Assembly: GCA_016206565.1 (NCBI GenBank)
Contig: JACQRG010000061.1
Coordinates: 1 to 39,350, forward strand
Length of the DNA: 39,350 bases
Direction of reading: 5' to 3'
From: Candidatus Omnitrophota bacterium
Lineage (GTDB): Bacteria > Omnitrophota > Gorgyraeia > Aquiviventales > Aquiviventaceae
The notes beneath the pieces were generated by a model. The model made no database searches. It was not told the DNA's origin and saw only the letters and a program-made list of their open reading frames with translations. The position numbers were made by a program, and so were the translations under genes. This document shows positions 19,209 to 23,426 of the stretch, piece after piece. Each line of letters begins with the position of its first letter. Position 1 is the stretch's first letter.

Positions 19209-20027
19209 CTACGCGCCAACGACTTGTCCCTGCAGTTCCTGAAAGCTGCGGCGGACCAGCTCCCGGTCCACCCGCGTGGTCCGGTAGACGTAGCACGCCA
19301 GCAGCGAGCGGTCGCAAATCTGGTTGATGAGCCGCGGCGTGCCCTTGGAGCACCGGTAGACCTCCTGCGCCGCCTCGGCCGTCCACTGCACCGTGCCATC
19401 CGAGCCGGCTATGCGCAAGCGGTGATGGATGTAGGTGGTGACTTCCTCCGCATCGAGCGGCCCGATGTGATACCGCACCCCGATGCGCTGGCGCAGCTGC
19501 TCCAGCGCCGGGCGGGCCAGTTTCTCCCGCAGCTGCGGCTGGCCGACCAGGATGATCTGGATGAGCTTCTCCTTGTCGGTTTCCAGGTTCGAGAGCATGC
19601 GGATCTGCTCCAGCACGCGCAGGCTCAGGTTCTGCGCTTCGTCAATGATCAGGACGATGTTGTGGCCGATGGCCGCCTCATCGAGCAGGAACTGGTTGAG
19701 CTGCTCAAAGAGGTTCAGCCGGTTGGCGGTCATGGGGTTGAGGCCGAAATCCTTCACGACCGCGTAGAGCAGCTGCAGCTCCGAGAGGCCGGATTGCAGC
19801 ACGAGGGCGGTCTTCGTCGAGCCGTCGAGCTGGCGCAGCAGCGCCTTGCAGATAGTGGTCTTGCCGGTGCCGATGTCCCCGGTGATTTCGATGAACCCCT
19901 TGCGCTCGCGGATGCCGTAGACCATGTGCGCGAGCGCCTCGCGGTGCTTCTTGGAGAGGTAGAGAAAGGCAGGGTCGGACGTAATCGCGAAGGGTTTTTC
20001 ACGCAGGCCAAGATACTCGAGATACAT
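19209..20027 (-). CDS. ExeA/GspA/MshM-type AAA (AAA_22) ATPase
   Basis: The N-terminus is YLEYLGLREKPFAITSDPAFLYLSKKHREAL. Walker A is TGDIGTGKTT and Walker B is VLIIDEAQNL. At 272 aa it is the short form, with no peptidoglycan-binding domain. Confidence 0.85.
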   Translation of the reverse strand: MYLEYLGLREKPFAITSDPAFLYLSKKHREALAHMVYGIRERKGFIEITGDIGTGKTTICKALLRQLDGSTKTALVLQSGLSELQLLYAVVKDFGLNPMTANRLNLFEQLNQFLLDEAAIGHNIVLIIDEAQNLSLRVLEQIRMLSNLETDKEKLIQIILVGQPQLREKLARPALEQLRQRIGVRYHIGPLDAEEVTTYIHHRLRIAGSDGTVQWTAEAAQEVYRCSKGTPRLINQICDRSLLACYVYRTTRVDRELVRRSFQELQGQVVGA

Positions 20028-20039
20028 GGCGCTGCAGAT

Positions 20040-20068
20040 ATTCTACGCCCGGTGCAGACCCGGCGCAA
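20040..20068 (-). promoter_or_regulatory. Sigma70-type promoter for the ExeA-like operon: TTGCGC - 17 nt - TAGAAT (minus strand)
   Basis: Read on the minus strand: TTGCGC cgggtctgcaccgggcg TAGAAT, then 12 nt to the ATG at 20027. Confidence 0.5.
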
Positions 20069-20079
20069 GCGAGAAACCA

Positions 20080-20108
20080 TTGACAGGCCGCGGCGACGGT
20101 GCTAGCCT
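20080..20108 (+). promoter_or_regulatory. Sigma70-type promoter: TTGACA - 17 nt - (TGc)TAGCCT, ending 6 nt before the ATG (leaderless)
   Basis: Consensus -35 with an extended -10. The ATG at 20115 sits where transcription would start, and no SD is present. Confidence 0.55.
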
Positions 20109-20114
20109 GTTGCC

Positions 20115-20459
20115 ATGACCCCGGAGCGGCGCCTCCATCCTCGCGCTCGCGCTTACCGCCCGGTGCGGCTGCATCCCCGCGGCAGCCCGGCGGTGATTGA
20201 AACGCTGACCAAGGACCTCAGCGTCTGCGGCCTGCGCTGCCTGTGCCCCAAGCCGGTGCCGGTCGGCTTGCCGGTCAACGTCGAGCTGGTGCTTGGCCAG
20301 GGGCAGGAGCCGTTGTTCCTCGAGGGCAAGGCGGTGTGGTTCAGGACCCTGCCGGATAGCGAGCAATACGACCTCGGCGTCTCATTTCTTGACCTGAGCG
20401 AGCAAAAACGACGACGTCTGTCTGTGTATTTTGACTCTGTCGCAGCTGTTCCTGCCTAG
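20115..20459 (+). CDS. Single-domain PilZ protein (putative c-di-GMP receptor)
   Basis: RRLHPR (RxxxR) near the N-terminus and DLSVCG (D/NxSxxG) about 20 residues later. The size (114 aa) and beta-barrel pattern are typical of a stand-alone PilZ. Confidence 0.8.
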   Translation: MTPERRLHPRARAYRPVRLHPRGSPAVIETLTKDLSVCGLRCLCPKPVPVGLPVNVELVLGQGQEPLFLEGKAVWFRTLPDSEQYDLGVSFLDLSEQKRRRLSVYFDSVAAVPA

Positions 20460-20512
20460 TTTTCTGCAGAAGTAATATTATAACTCCTTGTAGTACAATA
20501 AGTTATATGATA

Positions 20513-20542
20513 TTGACTTTCCATGCTCCAATATGGTAGACT
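20513..20542 (+). promoter_or_regulatory. Sigma70-type promoter: TTGACT - 18 nt - (TGg)TAGACT in a ~30% GC island
   Basis: Near-consensus -35 and an extended -10. It lies ~80 nt upstream of a strong SD and ATG. Confidence 0.6.
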
Positions 20543-20549
20543 AGTGTCT
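20538..20549. promoter_or_regulatory. Inverted repeat AGAC-N4-GTCT overlapping the -10/transcription start (candidate operator 1)
   Basis: AGACtagtGTCT overlaps the TAGACT -10 hexamer. The same arms recur 55 bp downstream. Confidence 0.35.
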
Positions 20550-20589
20550 GATGGATGGCGGATAGGAGCGAAGGCCAACCCATCCACTC

Positions 20590-20607
20590 TCTAGACATAT
20601 GTCTAGA
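20590..20607. promoter_or_regulatory. 18-bp perfect palindrome TCTAGACATATGTCTAGA (contains AGAC-N4-GTCT), directly abutting the RBS (candidate operator 2 or UTR hairpin)
   Basis: Perfect dyad symmetry verified by eye. The SD GGAGG begins 4 nt after it. The palindrome itself is certain; its function is inferred. Confidence 0.4.
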
Positions 20608-20624
20608 AGAGGAGGTGAGAACGC

Positions 20625-20786
20625 ATGAAACTCGACCAGCATGTCATCACGGGTGTCTTTTTCGGGCTCGTGTTCGGAATGCATTACCACGGGCTGGACG
20701 CGTATAAGGACGTTCTCACGATCGTCGCCGTCGTCCTCGCGCTCGGTGTCGTGGGCGGGCTCAAGCTGGGCAAGCTGATCAAGTAA
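20625..20786 (+). CDS. Small (53 aa) two-TM membrane protein, below the length cutoff of the supplied ORF track
   Basis: SD GGAGG lies 9 nt before the ATG. Translation: MKLDQHVITGVFFGLVFGMHYHGLDAYKDVLTIVAVVLALGVVGGLKLGKLIK. Third-position GC is high like the bona fide genes although the flanks are AT-rich. The ORF is bracketed by a promoter and an intrinsic terminator. Confidence 0.6.
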   Translation: MKLDQHVITGVFFGLVFGMHYHGLDAYKDVLTIVAVVLALGVVGGLKLGKLIK

Positions 20787-20813
20787 GCCAGCAAGCCCAG
20801 GCACGGTTACGAC

Positions 20814-20854
20814 TCGGGGGCTGCTCTCCACTGGAGGGCAGCCCCCGATTTTTT
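20814..20854 (+). terminator. Rho-independent terminator
   Basis: GC-rich stem TCGGGGGCTGCTCTCC / GGAGGGCAGCCCCCGA followed by TTTTTT. It starts 28 nt after the small-ORF stop. Confidence 0.75.
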
Positions 20855-20856
20855 GC

Positions 20857-20885
20857 TTGCGTCCGTCGGTGAACGCCGCTATACT
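20857..20885 (+). promoter_or_regulatory. Sigma70-type promoter: TTGCGT - 17 nt - TATACT
   Basis: It lies immediately after the terminator T-tract and would direct transcription toward the 3' end of the convergent mazG gene. Confidence 0.4.
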
Positions 20886-20933
20886 GGTCCCGTCGTCGGC
20901 GCTGTTCGTTCACACCCCGAAAGGTGCGTTCCC

Positions 20934-21044
20934 GTGGTCCCGTTGTTCGACTTCGATCCTCGCCTCACCAACCTGGTGCTCGGCCTGGTAATCGGGCTCT
21001 GCCTGTCCCTGGTCTGGCACTGGGCGGCGTGGGCCCTGCACTAG
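20934..21044 (+). CDS. Possible 36-aa single-TM peptide (weak call)
   Basis: GTG at 20934 preceded by AAAGG. Translation: VVPLFDFDPRLTNLVLGLVIGLCLSLVWHWAAWALH. It lies downstream of the promoter above. The stop shares the CTAG tetranucleotide with the mazG stop. This could equally be a non-coding antisense transcript. Confidence 0.25.
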   Translation: MVPLFDFDPRLTNLVLGLVIGLCLSLVWHWAAWALH

Positions 21045-21571
21045 CCCCGCGCCAGCGCCCTGACCGCCCGCCGCAATCCGTCCGCAGCGCCGGGCCGGCG
21101 ATGCAGCAAGTCCCAGCACTCCACCAGCAGCGGCCGCAGCCGCTTGGACGCGGAGCGCGACCGAGTTTCCCGCCGTTTCACCGCCTGCCAGCGCCGGTAC
21201 GCCTCATCGGCTGACCTGGCCCGGACCCGGCCGAAGACATGGGGGTGGCGGCGGATCATCTTCCGGCGGGTGGCGCGCAGCAGCGAGCGCAGCGATCCCT
21301 GCCGGCGACGATCGGCCAGCAAGGCCAGGAAGACGACCGTGTAGAGCAGGTCGCCCAGCTCCTCTTCGAGCAGGGCGCGCTTGCCCCGGCCGCGGATGGT
21401 TTCGAACACTTCCCAGGTTTCCTCGATGAGGTAGGGCAGGAGCGACTCGACCGTCTGGGTCCGGTCCCAGGGGCAGCCGTCCGGCTCCAGCAGGCGCTGG
21501 GCCAGGGCCACCAGGTCCCAGAACGGGTCCCCTTGGGCCGGCGGGGGTATCGTGCGTGCGGTTTGACCCAT
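21041..21571 (-). CDS. mazG: MazG-family nucleoside triphosphate pyrophosphohydrolase
   Basis: GCPWDRTQT..SL..YLIEETWEVFE, EELGDLLY and RRHPHVFG. The start is set at the internal ATG 21571, giving a normal N-terminal length; an upstream ATG at 21637 is also possible. Confidence 0.85.
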   Translation of the reverse strand: MGQTARTIPPPAQGDPFWDLVALAQRLLEPDGCPWDRTQTVESLLPYLIEETWEVFETIRGRGKRALLEEELGDLLYTVVFLALLADRRRQGSLRSLLRATRRKMIRRHPHVFGRVRARSADEAYRRWQAVKRRETRSRSASKRLRPLLVECWDLLHRRPGAADGLRRAVRALARG

Positions 21572-21592
21572 GAGACAGGCGTATGGTATCAT
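21563..21592 (+). promoter_or_regulatory. Sigma70-type promoter: TTGACC - 18 nt - (TGg)TATCAT, embedded over the mazG start codon
   Basis: A good -35 and an extended -10 on the + strand. The complementary strand of the -10 region reads TATGAT, a possible -10 for mazG. Together these form a face-to-face divergent promoter pair. Confidence 0.55.
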
Positions 21593-21600
21593 ACTTTCTC

Positions 21601-21616
21601 TTAACGTGTTAACGTG
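21601..21616. repeat. Tandem direct repeat TTAACGTG x2 just downstream of the predicted transcription start
   Basis: Two exact, adjacent copies read directly from the sequence, located between the predicted TSS (~21599) and the SD of the small ORF. A regulatory role is inferred. Confidence 0.9.
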
Positions 21617-21625
21617 AGGGGGGAC

Positions 21626-21829
21626 ATGGGAATCCACAACCGTCCGGTAACCTGCGCCGCCACCAGCAAGCGGCTGCGGATGAAGACCTGGTTTTACCGC
21701 AACGGCAAGTACTACTACAACCGCCGCGCCTGGCAGGACGAGCAGGCCAAGGCGGCCAGCGAGGCCGCCAAGCCAAAGCCCGAAGCCGCGCCGGCTGAAG
21801 GCGAAGCCGGCGAAGCCAAGACCAAGTAA
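21626..21829 (+). CDS. Small basic hypothetical protein (67 aa) with an Ala/Glu/Lys/Pro low-complexity tail
   Basis: SD GAGGGGGG precedes ATG 21626. Translation: MGIHNRPVTCAATSKRLRMKTWFYRNGKYYYNRRAWQDEQ + AKAASEAAKPKPEAAPAEGEAGEAKTK. No family was recognised. It is the first ORF after the promoter. Confidence 0.45.
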   Translation: MGIHNRPVTCAATSKRLRMKTWFYRNGKYYYNRRAWQDEQAKAASEAAKPKPEAAPAEGEAGEAKTK

Positions 21830-21849
21830 TTCGCTCCTTAGCCAGTGTC

Positions 21850-22200
21850 ATGACCCCAAGTGAATGCCTCTTCTGCCGCATTGCCCAGCGGCAGCTTCCC
21901 GCCCGGATCGCGGGCGAGGAGGACGGCCTGCTGGCCTTCGAAGACGTCAACCCCCAGGCGCCGGTGCACCTGCTCATCATCCCGACTGAGCACCTTCCGA
22001 CGCTGGCCGACGCCACCCCGGCGCACACGCCGCTGCTGGGCCGGACCGTGCAGTTCGCCAACCGGCTTGCGCGCGAGCGCGGGCTCGGAACGGACGGCTA
22101 CCGGCTGGTGGTCAACTGCGGCGCAAAGGCCGGACAGAGCGTGTTCCACCTGCATTGGCATCTCCTGGGCGGGCGGTCCTTCCAATGGCCCCCGGGATGA
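21850..22200 (+). CDS. HIT-family (histidine triad, HinT-like) nucleotide hydrolase
   Basis: CLFCRI, NPQAPVHLLIIP and the histidine triad HLHWHLLGG. Confidence 0.92.
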   Translation: MTPSECLFCRIAQRQLPARIAGEEDGLLAFEDVNPQAPVHLLIIPTEHLPTLADATPAHTPLLGRTVQFANRLARERGLGTDGYRLVVNCGAKAGQSVFHLHWHLLGGRSFQWPPG

Positions 22201-22568
22201 TGGCCGATCGGCGCGAACGGCGTGCCAGCTCTAGGGCGTCGGAGCGCCTCTCGCTGGCCTTAGCCGGCGACGGCCGGGAGTGGACCGCTCAAACCAAGAA
22301 CATCAGCGCGTCCGGGGTGTATTGCGCCCTGGCGCAGTTCATCCCGCCGATGACGAAGCTGGCCCTGCGCTTCGCCCTGCCGCAGAACGGCCGGGACGTG
22401 CCGGTGCGCTGCACCGGGGTCGTCGTGCGCGTGGAGCCGGTCATCGCCGGCCCCCAGCAGGGTGCCTACCACATCGCGATCTTCTTCACCGACATCTCCG
22501 AGCGCGACCGCTCGGTGATCGGCCGGTTCGTCGCCCAGCGCCTCGCCGCAACCCCCTCGACCGATTGA
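22197..22568 (+). CDS. Single-domain PilZ protein (putative c-di-GMP receptor), second copy in the window
   Basis: ATGA overlap with the HIT gene. RRERRASSR (RxxxR region) and NISASG (D/NxSxxG). 123 aa. Confidence 0.75.
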   Translation: MMADRRERRASSRASERLSLALAGDGREWTAQTKNISASGVYCALAQFIPPMTKLALRFALPQNGRDVPVRCTGVVVRVEPVIAGPQQGAYHIAIFFTDISERDRSVIGRFVAQRLAATPSTD

Positions 22569-22574
22569 CGTCCC

Positions 22575-23426
22575 GTGTGGTGGCTGGCCGCGCTTCTGGG
22601 AACTGCCTGTGTGGGCTGGGGCGTGTTGGCTACGCGGCGCATCCTCTACCCCAAGCACCGGCCGGTCCTCGCGCCACAGCCGTTACCCTCCTATACGACC
22701 CATCTGTTGCGCGCCGCGGATGGCGCAGCCTTCGACGTCTGGCGCCTGCGTCCCGCCGAGGCGCGCGCCCACCTGGTGATGTGCCATGGCTACTACGCGA
22801 ACCGCTACCAGGTGCTGGGTGCGGCGCAGGGACTGCGTGAGCGCGGCTACGATGCGCTGCTGCTGGAGCTGCGGGGGCACGGCTCGCGCCCGGGTCCCTG
22901 CACCCTGGGGCTGCGCGAGGCGCAGGACGTGAGAACGATTCTGACATGGCTGCGCCAGGAGGAGGCCTCACGCCTGCCCGTCGCCCTGCTGGGCTTCTCG
23001 ATGGGGGCGGCGGTGGCCTGCCAGGCCGCGGCGCGCTATCCGCAGGTCAAAGCGGTCGTCACGGACTCGGTCTACGCCTCGTTCTTCGACGTGGTGCGCA
23101 TCAACATCCGCCGGCTCTACCGGCTGCCCGCGGTGCCGTTTGCTTGGCTGACCTGGGCCGCGCTGCAGGCGCGCTTCGCCGGCCGGCTGGGGGCGGCCGA
23201 CCCGGCGGCCTTGGCCCCGGCGCAGCATGCGTCGCTGCTGGCCATCCAGGGCGGGGCGGACCGGCATGTCACGCTGCCGGCGAGCGAACGGTTCTTTGCG
23301 CGATGGGCCGGCCCGAAGGAGCGATGGGTGGAGCCCCGCGTGGCGCACGTCGGCATGTATAAGCGGGACCCGCGCGAGTACTGCGACCGCGTGGCGGCGT
23401 TCCTGGACCGGGCGGTGGGGGGATGA
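22575..23426 (+). CDS. Membrane-anchored alpha/beta-fold hydrolase
   Basis: GTG start 6 nt after the PilZ stop. N-terminal TM segment, HG oxyanion region (VMCHGY), nucleophile elbow GFSMG, and later GGADRH / H near the C-terminus. It is a paralog of the ORF at 38362. Confidence 0.8.
   Translation: MWWLAALLGTACVGWGVLATRRILYPKHRPVLAPQPLPSYTTHLLRAADGAAFDVWRLRPAEARAHLVMCHGYYANRYQVLGAAQGLRERGYDALLLELRGHGSRPGPCTLGLREAQDVRTILTWLRQEEASRLPVALLGFSMGAAVACQAAARYPQVKAVVTDSVYASFFDVVRINIRRLYRLPAVPFAWLTWAALQARFAGRLGAADPAALAPAQHASLLAIQGGADRHVTLPASERFFARWAGPKERWVEPRVAHVGMYKRDPREYCDRVAAFLDRAVGG

Noticed and set aside
20590-20607. 18-bp palindrome containing XbaI-NdeI-XbaI sites as a sign of vector or synthetic contamination
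   Set aside because: The flanks are continuous with native-looking genes, promoter and terminator. There is no vector backbone, and the same AGAC/GTCT arms recur 55 bp upstream in a natural promoter context. TAGAC-containing -10 elements also occur at 12916. A natural operator is more likely.
20549-20624. Possible riboswitch (fluoride/crcB-like or guanidine-type) in the leader of the small membrane ORF
   Set aside because: Small membrane proteins often follow such riboswitches. However, I could not match the leader to the conserved cores I remember (crcB pseudoknot motif, mini-ykkC ACGR loops, ykkC-III). The structure seen is one simple stem plus a DNA-style perfect palindrome, so it is better treated as an operator or hairpin until a covariance-model scan (Rfam/Infernal) says otherwise.
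20541-20831. 96-aa minus-strand ORF in the AT-rich island
   Set aside because: It has no SD or promoter on that strand. It runs antisense through the promoter, leader, the 53-aa ORF and into the terminator stem. The plus-strand small ORF has a strong SD, promoter and terminator, and explains the open frame.
20460-21040. AT-rich island as a mobile element or prophage remnant
   Set aside because: There is no integrase, transposase or recombinase, no flanking direct or inverted terminal repeats that I could see, and no tRNA target. The region is only ~0.5 kb and is fully explained by promoters, leaders, small ORFs and a terminator.
20853-21044. Full 63-aa track ORF starting at TTG 20853
   Set aside because: That start lies inside the terminator T-tract and upstream of the predicted promoter -10. 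Only the distal 36 codons (from GTG 20934) could be on the predicted transcript, and even that is a weak call.
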